From an uncultured Pseudomonadota bacterium (GTDB lineage: Bacteria; Pseudomonadota; Alphaproteobacteria; RF32; CAG-239), in NCBI GenBank assembly GCA_949295025.1, contig CASFJK010000005.1, positions 13,235 to 77,234 on the forward strand: a stretch of 64,000 nt of DNA, read 5' to 3'. Positions within the stretch are counted from its first letter, which is position 1. Each line of letters begins with the position of its first letter. Shown here one piece after another: positions 39,735 to 49,904 of the stretch. The notes beneath the pieces were generated by a model. That model made no database searches. It had not been told where the DNA came from and saw only the letters and a list, made by a program, of their open reading frames with translations. The translations under genes were made by a program, and so were the position numbers.

Positions 39735-40184
39735 TTAGCTTAATATTTTATCTAACTCTTCCATTTCTTTTTGATGCACAGACTTCACTCTGGCCTCTCT
39801 TTCAGCCTCTTCTTGCTGCATTTTGCGTTTCCACTCGCGCTCGTACTCTTCGGAAATTTCATCACTTGTTTTTCCTCCATACATGCGCAATAGTTTGGCT
39901 ATGGCTGGATTATCTCCCCATACGTCCAATATACGATAATAAAGAGTTTCCGTACCGGTAATCATCCCATTATCGTAGCTGTAGCTTCTTTCTACAGGGA
40001 CGCAAACAAGATTTGGATCAAAGCCCTTATCCAGAAATTTCTTCATGTTTAAGAAATCTCTCTTAGCGATAAATTCAAGAAATCTACGAACCATCTTAGG
40101 ACACTCATATGCTTTCTTTAGCTCTGAGGCATAATTCTTTTTAGCTGAGGCATAAAAAGCCTCATTCAATACTAATGTTTTCAT
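39735..40184 (-). CDS. Ankyrin-like plus coiled-coil hypothetical protein
   Basis: FLDKGFDPN...LLRMYGGKT; similar to 45270..45692. Confidence 0.7.
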   Translation of the reverse strand: MKTLVLNEAFYASAKKNYASELKKAYECPKMVRRFLEFIAKRDFLNMKKFLDKGFDPNLVCVPVERSYSYDNGMITGTETLYYRILDVWGDNPAIAKLLRMYGGKTSDEISEEYEREWKRKMQQEEAEREARVKSVHQKEMEELDKILS

Positions 40185-40496
40185 AATTTTTATTTTTTTA
40201 GGGAAACATCAAGCTTTTCCCTTAGATTACAATAATAACCTACGACTATTAAATGCTTGAAAAATAGCAATAGGCCGATAATAATTTCTTTGTAACACAT
40301 TTATATCATCTTTTTTGTCTATTGTCTATATATTTTTTTATTGCTCTTTACGATGTTAAAATATAATTACTTTTTTATCCTTTAAAATTTCAAGAAAGGC
40401 TCAAGGCTTAATCGCAAATAAGTTGACAAAACTTTCAAAACAATATATTTTTGTCTATAGAGCAAATATAATTATAACTAAAAAAAATATACAATT

Positions 40497-41069
40497 ATGA
40501 AAATTTTTAAAAGTTTTTTTGCAGCAAAAAAACGCCGTGCTGAAATGAAAGAATATCAAGCACAGATTGATGTGTTAGAAGAAAAAGTTTCTGATTTTAT
40601 TTATGACAAGAGTGGTAAATACCACCCTATTCCTCGCATAGATTTGACTGAAAGATTGCCTGAGCTCATCTTGAGTAAAGATGATGCTGTCAATTTTTTT
40701 GCAAAGTTTCTGGGAGAAAAAATAAACCCTTATGAGGTTTCTTTGGTCAATCTCACAGAAGCATATGGTAATCATGCCAGCAATCTGTGTTGGGTTTACA
40801 GAAGCTTTTTGGTAAACTTAACAAAAGGCGAATATGGTTATTACTCGGAAAGAATGTTTTCGAAACTTGTCATCATTGATAAAGGTTTCAACATTCCGGT
40901 TGCGGCATACACCGACCTGAGAGTCCTCGTTCGCGGTGAAGAAATTTTCCCAATTGACATTATTTATGATGAATGGGGAGAAGTAGAGCACATTGAAAAG
41001 ACATTAAAAGTCTATTCAGCCCAAACGCCTATGAGCAAGGTGCTGGAAGACATAAAAAAACTTTCATAA
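40497..41069 (+). CDS. Hypothetical protein
   Basis: 190 aa ORF with TTGACA upstream and terminator downstream. Confidence 0.75.
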   Translation: MKIFKSFFAAKKRRAEMKEYQAQIDVLEEKVSDFIYDKSGKYHPIPRIDLTERLPELILSKDDAVNFFAKFLGEKINPYEVSLVNLTEAYGNHASNLCWVYRSFLVNLTKGEYGYYSERMFSKLVIIDKGFNIPVAAYTDLRVLVRGEEIFPIDIIYDEWGEVEHIEKTLKVYSAQTPMSKVLEDIKKLS

Positions 41070-41114
41070 AAAAAGCCTCCAATCGCGGAGGCTTTTTTTG
41101 ATTACAAACTATTC

Positions 41115-41321
41115 CTAGGGCAAGATTGGACGAGAACTTTCTTCCAGTTTTTTAGTTTTTTTGTTAAAAACCACCCCTTCTGTATGAAAAAAATTTTCCG
41201 GATGTTTTTTAGCTTGCCACAAATCACAAAATTCATACCAAGCAAAAATCAACTTTTTGATACACCATACAGACAAAACCCCGCAGATAGTCGTCAATAA
41301 AATTTTACTCAATAATACCAT
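41115..41321 (-). CDS. Small membrane protein
   Basis: Hydrophobic N-terminus; ends at shared terminator. Confidence 0.55.
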   Translation of the reverse strand: MVLLSKILLTTICGVLSVWCIKKLIFAWYEFCDLWQAKKHPENFFHTEGVVFNKKTKKLEESSRPILP

Positions 41322-41476
41322 AAGCTTAAATTTTATAATTATAACAATACGTAATTATCATAATAAAAATGTTTTACGAAATCAATATAACATAATCTTT
41401 TAATTTAAACACTTGACAATTTTAATATATTACATATATAATACATATATATTATTAAATATATTGGAGACTTGCC

Positions 41477-42052
41477 ATGAAAAAAATTGAAAATGTCAAA
41501 GAGTTTGTGGAGAAGATAGACAGCGCCAAAAAAGTCAATCCCAAAGACCTGTCTTCTGACCAAGATTTAACCATCGCCATCATGAACCTTATCAGCATTG
41601 AAGAACACCTTGTTTTCTCTGGCGCCAAAACCGGAAAAAATTCTTTTTACGATTTGGTACAAAACATTCGTGAAATGCGCAAAACCTTGATGCAAAAAGT
41701 TATTCCGGCTTATGAAGGCGAAGTCTGGTGCATATCCAAACATTTGCTGGCTTCTTCCATGCGTTTGATGGAGGTTGGCACCAAGCAACAATCTTTAGGT
41801 CACAAAGAAGAAGCCTACAAACTTTTCAACCAAGCCTATGAGCTTTATTGTCTGTTCTGGGGCTTGAATATGAATATGTTAAACGTCGCAGATGTAAAAT
41901 GGATTGAAGATAAAACCGAAGACATGAAAAAACTTTCAGAAAAAATTGATGCCAACATCCCTAGCACACCTGAGGTTTCAGAAGAAAAAACCGGTACGTT
42001 GTCCAAGATGAAAGCTTTTGCCAGAAAAGCGGTTGACTGCTGCATAGAATAA
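41477..42052 (+). CDS. Hypothetical helical protein with C-terminal CC
   Basis: AIMNLISIEEH, WCISKHLL, ends DCCIE; GGAG SD. Confidence 0.8.
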   Translation: MKKIENVKEFVEKIDSAKKVNPKDLSSDQDLTIAIMNLISIEEHLVFSGAKTGKNSFYDLVQNIREMRKTLMQKVIPAYEGEVWCISKHLLASSMRLMEVGTKQQSLGHKEEAYKLFNQAYELYCLFWGLNMNMLNVADVKWIEDKTEDMKKLSEKIDANIPSTPEVSEEKTGTLSKMKAFARKAVDCCIE

Positions 42053-42063
42053 GGAGAAAACAA

Positions 42064-42453
42064 ATGAACAAAATCATCTTTGCTTTTGCATTAGGGCTGT
42101 TTGTCCTCACCGGTTGCGATAATCAAACCCAAACGGAAAGCACGGCTCAAACCGCAAGTGAAAAATCCGCTTTTTCAGAAAATAAAATCTATTTTTTCTA
42201 TTCCAACTATTGCCCGCACTGCCACGCAGCATTGAAATATATCAAAGCCAAGCACCCCAATTTAGAGTTATCCATGGTCAATGTTGAAAATGCCGGTGGT
42301 TATAAACTCCTTGTGCAAGCGGTAAAAGAATATAAAATCAACGGCAGTTCTGTCGGCACTCCGCTTCTGCTCATGGGCAAAAATTATCTGATGGGCTGGG
42401 CTCCGGAATATGAAACCCAATTTGAAAATTATGTTCAGCCTTTTGTAAAATAA
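42064..42453 (+). CDS. Glutaredoxin-like lipoprotein
   Basis: LTGC lipobox, CPHC, GTP cis-Pro loop. Confidence 0.85.
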   Translation: MNKIIFAFALGLFVLTGCDNQTQTESTAQTASEKSAFSENKIYFFYSNYCPHCHAALKYIKAKHPNLELSMVNVENAGGYKLLVQAVKEYKINGSSVGTPLLLMGKNYLMGWAPEYETQFENYVQPFVK

Positions 42454-42549
42454 AAAATTCCCCGATGTTTTAAGTCGGGGAATTTTTTTATAATTGCAAA
42501 TTGCCGCAGTTTGATATAGGCTGAAAGAAAAAATATCGGAGAAAAGTTT

Positions 42550-43188
42550 ATGGAGCAGCAACTGCCGCCGGAAATCATGAAAAAAGCCGTCAAAGGCATC
42601 AGCTATATTGCCCACCCTTTGCGCTTGCGTTTGTTGGAATATATGGATGTCAACGGTGCCTCATCCGTATCCACACTGACCAAAGCCGTGGAGGAAGAGC
42701 AGATGATTGTGTCCCAAAGCTTGAAAAAACTCCGCGATGCCAATCTGGTTAAAACCGAGCGTAAAGGCATTTTTATTTATTACAATATTTATGAAGAATA
42801 TCCGGCAAGCATCTTTGAGTGCATTCGTAAGCTTTTTGCCTATATGACCGATAGCTTCTTCTATCTGACCGAAAAAGCGCTTCTGCCCAAAGATTATACC
42901 ACCATGGTTGCCAACCGCATCAAGCTCTTTGCCAACTATGATAAGATGCGCATTTTGGAATATCTCACTTTGTATGGCGAAAGCAATGTCTCGGACATCA
43001 TCAACGGCATAGGAAGCGAGCAAATGAAAGTTTCGCAATACCTAAAGCGCTTGAAAGATGATGGCTTTGTCACCGCCCGCCGTGACGGACGTTTCATTTA
43101 TTATGACATCACGCAAGGCGTGCACAAAACCGCCATTCAGTGCATTCATAAACGCTACGACAATCTTAAAAATAAGGCTGAATTTTAA
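42550..43188 (+). CDS. Tandem two-domain ArsR-family regulator
   Basis: AHPLRLRLLEY...VSQSLKKL...RKGIFIYY and ANYDKMRILEY...VSQYLKRL...RDGRFIYY. Confidence 0.88.
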   Translation: MEQQLPPEIMKKAVKGISYIAHPLRLRLLEYMDVNGASSVSTLTKAVEEEQMIVSQSLKKLRDANLVKTERKGIFIYYNIYEEYPASIFECIRKLFAYMTDSFFYLTEKALLPKDYTTMVANRIKLFANYDKMRILEYLTLYGESNVSDIINGIGSEQMKVSQYLKRLKDDGFVTARRDGRFIYYDITQGVHKTAIQCIHKRYDNLKNKAEF

Positions 43189-43257
43189 ATTTTTCCTTGT
43201 CAAAGGAAATTTCTACCGCTACACTTTAAATATACAAACAACAATTGGAAACTGTTT

Positions 43258-44574
43258 ATGACTGACTATACTGTTCTCGAATTATTATTGTTCCAAGCTT
43301 TTTTAATTTTCTTGAATGCCGTTTTTGCTTGCGCTGAAATTGCGGTCATCTCCATCAATGATAACAAACTCAAACGCATGGCTGAAAATGGCGATAAACG
43401 AGCCGTTCGCTTAGCATCTCTCACCGCACAACCAGCCAAATTTTTAGCCACCATTCAAGTAGGCATCACTCTTGCCGGTTTTTTAGGTAGTGCTTTTGCC
43501 GCCGATAACTTTTCTGACCGCATTGTAGATTGGCTGATTGCGCAAGGAGTAACCATTTCTCCGACCAAATTAGATATTTTGGCAGTTATCGGCATTACGC
43601 TCATTTTATCTTACATCACACTAATTTGGGGCGAGCTCGTACCCAAACGCATTGCCATGCAACATGCCGAAAAAATCGGCTTATTTATGTCTTCGTCCAT
43701 ATATATCATTGCTAAAATTTTCTCGCCGATTGTATGGTTTTTAACAGTTTCTACCAACATTTCATTACGCTTACTTGGCATCAATCCCGAAGAAAAGAAT
43801 GAAAACGTAACCGAAGAAGAAATCCGTATTATGATTGATGTCGGCACCGAAAATGGCACGATTGATGATAAAGAAAAAGAGCTTATCCATAATGTTTTTG
43901 AGTTTGATGACAAATTGGTTTATGAGGTCATGAAACACCGCACCGACGTGCAGTTTTTGGATGTGGAAGATGATACCGGAAATTGGGAAAAAATTATGAT
44001 TGAAACACGATATTCCGTTTATCCGGTTTACAAAGATAACACAGACAATATCTTGGGTATTTTGAATATTAAAGACTATTACAAATACAAACCGCAAGGT
44101 AAATCAGCCCTCATCAACAAAGCCATCAAGCCGACCTTATTTGTGCCTGAAACCCAACATATAGACGACCTGTTTCACAACATGCAAAGAAGTCGCATTC
44201 ACTTTGCCATGGTGGTTGATGAATATGGTGGCATCTCCGGTATTGTAACCATGAACGATTTATTGGAAGAAATTGTCGGCGAGCTGGAAGATGATATTAC
44301 CGCACCGCCATCAGTTCCCAACATCAAGCAAATAAACAAAAATTCTTGGGTAATTCAAGGATATACGCCCATTGAAGAAGTTGAAAAAGCTTTTGAACTC
44401 GATTTATCGGAAATTGATTGTGAAACCTTTGCCGGCTTTATCTTTTCTTTAATGGATGAAATTCCACTGGAAAAAAAGAACATCAAGCTCAATTATCAAA
44501 ATATTCGCATCAAGTTGGTCAAAACCAACGGACATAAAATTGAGCAAGCCATTTTGCAAAAGATTGAAGCTTAG
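43258..44574 (+). CDS. CNNM/CorC-HlyC (hemolysin family) CBS-domain protein
   Basis: [38 protein letters not shown]. Confidence 0.95.
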   Translation: MTDYTVLELLLFQAFLIFLNAVFACAEIAVISINDNKLKRMAENGDKRAVRLASLTAQPAKFLATIQVGITLAGFLGSAFAADNFSDRIVDWLIAQGVTISPTKLDILAVIGITLILSYITLIWGELVPKRIAMQHAEKIGLFMSSSIYIIAKIFSPIVWFLTVSTNISLRLLGINPEEKNENVTEEEIRIMIDVGTENGTIDDKEKELIHNVFEFDDKLVYEVMKHRTDVQFLDVEDDTGNWEKIMIETRYSVYPVYKDNTDNILGILNIKDYYKYKPQGKSALINKAIKPTLFVPETQHIDDLFHNMQRSRIHFAMVVDEYGGISGIVTMNDLLEEIVGELEDDITAPPSVPNIKQINKNSWVIQGYTPIEEVEKAFELDLSEIDCETFAGFIFSLMDEIPLEKKNIKLNYQNIRIKLVKTNGHKIEQAILQKIEA

Positions 44575-45035
44575 TTTTGTACCTGCTTGCGAATACCGAG
44601 ATAATATCCCAGTACTCCAAAAATCAGCATATAGAGCAAGCTGCCGCAAAGAATGTTCACCCCGATTTGTCCGGCAGCCTGAAAAATGCCGTTTGCAAAC
44701 AACTCTTTAAGCTCGGCATAAGAAAAAGCCGTTTCATCTTGCCTTATATAAGCACCGGTCAGATAATAAAGATAAAAAAGCGGCAGATTGGTAAACACAT
44801 TGGAAATAAACGTCCAAGCAACCGATATGGCCAAGCTGAAACGATATTTTGTGCGCCGCAACAACACCCACAAAGCAAGCACCACCGGCACCTGCCCCGG
44901 AAACGGCGCAAAAGCCAAGCCCATGCCAATGGCATTAGATCGCGCCAAATAAGCCGGATTTTTATAACTCCGCCGCATCGGCTCAATCACTTTTTTGCGC
45001 ATATAAGCAAGCCAATTTTTCAGTTGTCTGAACAT
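44571..45035 (-). CDS. DUF2062-like membrane protein
   Basis: P..LA...AIG....PFPG, ISNVFT; start could be 45077. Confidence 0.75.
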   Translation of the reverse strand: MFRQLKNWLAYMRKKVIEPMRRSYKNPAYLARSNAIGMGLAFAPFPGQVPVVLALWVLLRRTKYRFSLAISVAWTFISNVFTNLPLFYLYYLTGAYIRQDETAFSYAELKELFANGIFQAAGQIGVNILCGSLLYMLIFGVLGYYLGIRKQVQN

Positions 45036-45269
45036 AAGATTTAAACCCAATACTTTCAAAGTTTCTAATTTTATCATCTATTCAATACTAATAAATTAAA
45101 AATTTGGCAAGAAAAGTATTTTTGCTATTGTTTTCAGACAAAATTTATGATATATTTTTGTCTGAAAAAGAATTATTGTGCTATTATTGTTGTCAGGTAT
45201 TCAATGATGATAGATTTTATAAACTCGAGGAAAGATTGCCTGGTCTGTTCCTTATAAATATTTATAATT

Positions 45270-45692
45270 ATGATTAACTTTTTAAAAAATCTCTTTTCAA
45301 AACCCTCTGTATGGGATCTGAAAAACTGTATAGAAGAAGCTCGTTATGAAGAAGTAGCCGAGCTGCTTACTAAAGATGCATCTCTAGTAAATAATACATT
45401 CTCAAGAAGAGTTTTCAATGGGTACATCGATGGTTATATTGAAGACTATCAAACAGAGTTTTACACTTTGTTAGATGAGGTCTTAGATAAAGAAATGATA
45501 CGTCTCTTGCGTCATTTCGGAGCCAAAACCTATAATGAACTGAAGGAAGAAGAGATGCGTCTTCGAGAAGCAGAAAGAAAGAATCACAAAGAAACACCTG
45601 AAGAGAAAAAAGAAAGAGAAAGAAGACAAGAAGTCGCAAAACGCCGCCAAAACGGTAAGGCTATTGTCGATAAAATTTTGGGAACAAATTAA
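45270..45692 (+). CDS. Ankyrin-like plus coiled-coil hypothetical protein
   Basis: YTLLD...MIRLLRHFGAKT; similar to 39735..40184. Confidence 0.7.
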   Translation: MINFLKNLFSKPSVWDLKNCIEEARYEEVAELLTKDASLVNNTFSRRVFNGYIDGYIEDYQTEFYTLLDEVLDKEMIRLLRHFGAKTYNELKEEEMRLREAERKNHKETPEEKKERERRQEVAKRRQNGKAIVDKILGTN

Positions 45693-45746
45693 TTTTCCTA
45701 AACCGTTTTTCAATAAAAAAGCCCCCGATTACGGAGGCTTTTTTTA

Positions 45747-45956
45747 TGGCTGCTTCGCCTGGACTGTAAATTCCCATTGGCTTTTTTGCCAACGGGCCCC
45801 TTTCGCGCCGTAAGCTTCAACTTTGGCACAATTTCAAGCTAAAGCTAAGAAATTGCACCTTGTTTCAGCAACTATCCGCTCCGAACCAAAATCTTGGTTC
45901 TCGTCGGGCTGTGCCTTAGCCATAAAAAAACTCCCCTAAAAAGGAGAGTTTTTTTA
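45747..45956 (-). repeat. tRNA-linked structured element (Gln)
   Basis: 19 nt exact copy of the tRNA 3' end at 45747-45765 (210 bp period); internal hairpins; antisense T-arm copy. Confidence 0.8.
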
Positions 45957-46030
45957 TGGCTGCTTCGCCTGGACTCGAACCAAGATTGACGGAGTCAGAA
46001 TCCGCTGTCCTACCATTAGACGACGAAGCA
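45957..46030 (-). tRNA. tRNA-Gln (CTG)
   Basis: TGCTTCG...GCGGA-TT-CTG-AC-TCCGT...GGTTCGAGTCC...CGAAGCAGCCA. Confidence 0.96.
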
Positions 46031-46320
46031 ATAGAACTAATAACGCATTATATCTATGCCTTTTTGTTGCTCTTGTCAAATGGTTTGTTACATACCTTCG
46101 CAAAAAAAATCCCCTCCTGTCAAATGACTTTTTTCGTGTTCTAATATTTATAGAGAAGGAACATCTCTTTCTCTAAAACAAAAAGATATCTATTATGAAA
46201 AACGTTCAAAACATATTTCAAAGAAAGGATATCAAGCGGTTTCAGCCGAGCCTCCGAAACATAATTTTTGCTTTAACTTTTCTTTCAATGAGGACTGCGT
46301 TGCTCTGAAGGAGGTGTAAG

Positions 46321-46686
46321 ATGCTTACCTTCAGATATACAATTACTGCAGATGACATTGAAAAAGTCAGAGAAATTTCCGCCTCTGACGGAACTTATGA
46401 GCTCTATTGGTTGGTAACTCATGCTACTTACCAAGGGCGCGGTATTGGTAAACAAATCATCACTAAGTTAGTTGAGCACATCAAAGCTTTAGGCGGACGC
46501 AAACTTTACTTAAAAACCGACAGCAAGCCTGAATATAAAGCCACCCGAAAATTCTACAATTCATGCGGCTTTACATTAGAGGCAACCTTAAAACAATTTT
46601 ACGACCATCATGATGACTGCTGTATCTACGGTATGTGTCTTGATGATTGTGATTTGGAAAGTTTATGCTTAAACGCTGCCGAATAA
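46321..46686 (+). CDS. GNAT acetyltransferase, probably internally deleted
   Basis: ELYWLVTH...QGRGIG...TRKFY..CGF, preceded by only ~25 aa. Confidence 0.75.
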   Translation: MLTFRYTITADDIEKVREISASDGTYELYWLVTHATYQGRGIGKQIITKLVEHIKALGGRKLYLKTDSKPEYKATRKFYNSCGFTLEATLKQFYDHHDDCCIYGMCLDDCDLESLCLNAAE

Positions 46687-46752
46687 GATAATCATTTTAT
46701 CAAAAAAAATCCTTCCTAAGTTTTCCCCTTGGAAGGATTTTCTTTTTATCAA

Positions 46753-48525
46753 CTATTTCTTTTCTTCAACCGGAACCACGTTGATATGCAGTTCTTTGAG
46801 TTGTTGCTCGGTCACATAGTTTGGAGCTTGCATCATCAAGTCTTGCGCCTTACCGTTCAATGGGAACAAAATCACATCACGGATAATCGGCTCATCCAAA
46901 AGCAACATAACCAAACGATCAACGCCATAAGCAGAACCGGCGTGCGGAGGAGCGCCAAATTTAAAGGCACTAATCATACCGCCGAACTTGTTATCAACCA
47001 CGCTGTTGTCATAACCGGCAATTTCAAAAGCTTTGTACATAATTTGAGGTTCATGGTTACGAACCGCACCGGACAAGAGTTCAACACCGTTGCAAACAAA
47101 GTCATATTGATAAGCCAAAATATCCAATGGATTTTTGTTCAACAAAGCATCCATTCCGCCTTGCGGCATAGAGAACGGATTGTGAGAAAATTCAACCGCG
47201 CCGGTTTCTTCATTTTCTTCATAGAATGGGAAGTCAACAATCCAGCACATTTTGAAAGAGTTTTCATCAACCAAACCTAACTCTTCGCCAACTTTGTTGC
47301 GCAAACGACCGCTGAACTTATCAAACTTCATGCCTTTACCGACCATAAAGATAACGGCATCACCATCTTTCACACCGTATTTTGCTTTGAGTTCGTTCAA
47401 TTTTTCTTCACTCAAGAGTTTGGCAATACCTTTAGCACCGGCAGCCGCAAAAGCCACATAAGCAATACCGCCCATACCTTCTTCTTTAGCATAAGCATCG
47501 AGCTTATCAAAGAAAGAACGCGGTTTTTCGGCAATACCTTCAACCACCATGGCTTTAACAGTTTTACCTTCTTTAACCAAACCATCATAAACGCCAAAGC
47601 CGCTATTGCCGAAGAATGAAGTTGCATCTTGCAAGATGAGCGGGTTACGCAAATCTGGTTTATCGGAACCATATTTTGCCATAGCTTCACGGAACGGAAT
47701 ATGGACAAAGGGCGCTTGGTCAACTTTTTTACCGTTAGCAAATTCGTTAAAGATAGTACCCAAAGTATGCTCAATAACCTTGAACACATCTTCTTGAGTA
47801 GCAAAACTCATTTCCATATCCATTTGGTAGAACTCACCCGGAGAGCGGTCTGCACGAGGGTCTTCATCACGGAAGCATGGTGCAATTTGGAAATATTTAT
47901 CAAAGCCTGACACCATCAACAATTGTTTGAATTGTTGCGGAGCTTGCGGTAAAGCATAGAATTTTCCGGGGTTCAAACGAGAAGGGACCAAAAAGTCACG
48001 AGCACCTTCCGGAGAAGAAGCTGTCAAAATTGGTGTCTGATATTCGGTAAAACCTTGCTCACGCATCAATTCACGAGAACGTTGAATAACTTTTGAACGA
48101 AGCAAAATGTTCTTATGAATACGGTCTTTACGCAAATCAAGAAAACGATATTTCAAGCGCAACTCTTCCGGCGCATCATCTTCAATAGCCACTTGGAAAG
48201 GTAAAACATCTGCTTGAGAATAGATCTCCAAACCGTTAACGGCAATTTCAATATCACCGGTCGGCATATTTTTGTTCACACTTTCACGTGCAATCACTTT
48301 TCCGGTAATACCGATAACCGATTCGGGACGGATGGATTGGATTGTTTCAAACAAATCAGAATGACTATCAAACACACATTGCGTGATTCCGTAGTGATCT
48401 CGCAAATCCACAAAGCACAAGTTTCCGAGATTACGTTTACGGTGAACCCAACCAGCGAGTTTCACCTCTTTATTAATATCTGTAGCACGAAGTTCGCCAC
48501 AGGTGTGTGTGCGATAGCAATTCAT
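46753..48525 (-). CDS. aspS: Aspartyl-tRNA synthetase
   Basis: YRTHTCG, DLRDHYG, PEGARDF, CFRDED, GAPPH. Confidence 0.98.
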   Translation of the reverse strand: MNCYRTHTCGELRATDINKEVKLAGWVHRKRNLGNLCFVDLRDHYGITQCVFDSHSDLFETIQSIRPESVIGITGKVIARESVNKNMPTGDIEIAVNGLEIYSQADVLPFQVAIEDDAPEELRLKYRFLDLRKDRIHKNILLRSKVIQRSRELMREQGFTEYQTPILTASSPEGARDFLVPSRLNPGKFYALPQAPQQFKQLLMVSGFDKYFQIAPCFRDEDPRADRSPGEFYQMDMEMSFATQEDVFKVIEHTLGTIFNEFANGKKVDQAPFVHIPFREAMAKYGSDKPDLRNPLILQDATSFFGNSGFGVYDGLVKEGKTVKAMVVEGIAEKPRSFFDKLDAYAKEEGMGGIAYVAFAAAGAKGIAKLLSEEKLNELKAKYGVKDGDAVIFMVGKGMKFDKFSGRLRNKVGEELGLVDENSFKMCWIVDFPFYEENEETGAVEFSHNPFSMPQGGMDALLNKNPLDILAYQYDFVCNGVELLSGAVRNHEPQIMYKAFEIAGYDNSVVDNKFGGMISAFKFGAPPHAGSAYGVDRLVMLLLDEPIIRDVILFPLNGKAQDLMMQAPNYVTEQQLKELHINVVPVEEKK

Positions 48526-48650
48526 ATTAAAACCTCACAAAATATTGTTTATTATTTTTGCCTTTATGTTGTAGACTCAAAACAAAAGAAAAGCAACAAA
48601 AAAAGAGCTATGACTTTGGGTCATAACTCTTTTTTTTCAAGACAAACTCT

Positions 48651-49169
48651 TTAGATCATCTTTTCTGCGTGGAAGAATGTCGGTACCGATTTTGTAAAAT
48701 GTTTACAAATATTCCGAATATTATCAAACCATTCGTCATTCGGAAATTCGGTGTGTCCTCTAAATTCCACCCAAGAAGCTTCCGGAGTTTTATAACACGA
48801 AATCAATACAGGCGTAAACTTTCTGGTCTCTTCAAAAGAAGCCATTTGCCATTTTTCAGCCCAACAACTGGAATCTTGAAAATTTCCATACACCGGTAAA
48901 ACAAAGCTATTACACTCCTTCTGAGGTAATGTAATACAAAAATCCACCTTTGTAGGAACTTTCCAAAAATCTTTAGGATCAGCAGAAAACTCCTGTTTTA
49001 AGACTTCAAGAAAAGCAACATCGTTAAGCTCCAAAACCTGAAATTTGTGTTTTTCAGCTTCAGACACCACTTTCACTTCTGCTTTTTTTAAGTCAGGATA
49101 TTTATCCAACACCTGCTGTACTTGCATTGCCTCGGCAACAACAAGAAAATAAGATTTCAATGCGTACAT
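48651..49169 (-). CDS. Hypothetical protein
   Basis: 172 aa ORF; weak similarity to 49198..49737. Confidence 0.75.
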   Translation of the reverse strand: MYALKSYFLVVAEAMQVQQVLDKYPDLKKAEVKVVSEAEKHKFQVLELNDVAFLEVLKQEFSADPKDFWKVPTKVDFCITLPQKECNSFVLPVYGNFQDSSCWAEKWQMASFEETRKFTPVLISCYKTPEASWVEFRGHTEFPNDEWFDNIRNICKHFTKSVPTFFHAEKMI

Positions 49170-49197
49170 AGTAAAAAATTTAAGTTAATAAAAAAGA

Positions 49198-49737
49198 TTA
49201 AAAATTACAAACTATCTCACAACTTTCAAATTTGATTTCAGATGCCACCCATTCATGTTCATCAGGCTGAATATTGTGAGCAAAATTGAGCATCAATTGC
49301 ACCCACTTATCATCCGGATACAAAGAATAAGACTGAAAACAAATCTGTTTGGCTTCCAAATTTTCAAAAATTGCAAAACGCAACATTTTGATTTCATTTG
49401 TAGATAAAGAAGACACTACTTTACCACACTGACACCACACAGCATAGAGCTGCGGCTCATCTTCAAATTGCAAAGTAAAGGTACAAAGCTTAGCTTTACC
49501 TTCATCTATCTTTATTGGCAAATAATACTTAATTGCCGCATCTTTAGGATAAGGGGCAAGAAGTTGCTGCAGTTTTTCAGCTGACGGCGCTTCAATAGCC
49601 ATTGCTTCTTCTCTACATCTGATACCAAAAACCAAAGCCTCACGACGTGTAAAAATATTGGGAACATTCTTCACAAAATTTTGAACACGATTTGTAGGCA
49701 TAAGAACCACTGCGGGAAACAAATTTTTATTTTCCAT
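49198..49737 (-). CDS. Hypothetical protein
   Basis: 179 aa ORF; weak similarity to 48651..49169. Confidence 0.75.
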   Translation of the reverse strand: MENKNLFPAVVLMPTNRVQNFVKNVPNIFTRREALVFGIRCREEAMAIEAPSAEKLQQLLAPYPKDAAIKYYLPIKIDEGKAKLCTFTLQFEDEPQLYAVWCQCGKVVSSLSTNEIKMLRFAIFENLEAKQICFQSYSLYPDDKWVQLMLNFAHNIQPDEHEWVASEIKFESCEIVCNF

Positions 49738-49904
49738 AACTTAATTTTTTTAGGTTAGTTAATAATCACTATAAAAATATATTTAATGCCAACGTTCTAT
49801 CACATTTTTAGACAAAAGCAAGCTTTTTTCTAAAAAATAAAATTTAAACAACAAAAGCTTGAGGAAAACTCAAGCTTTTTTACCTATTAACCAAGATGAT
49901 AACT

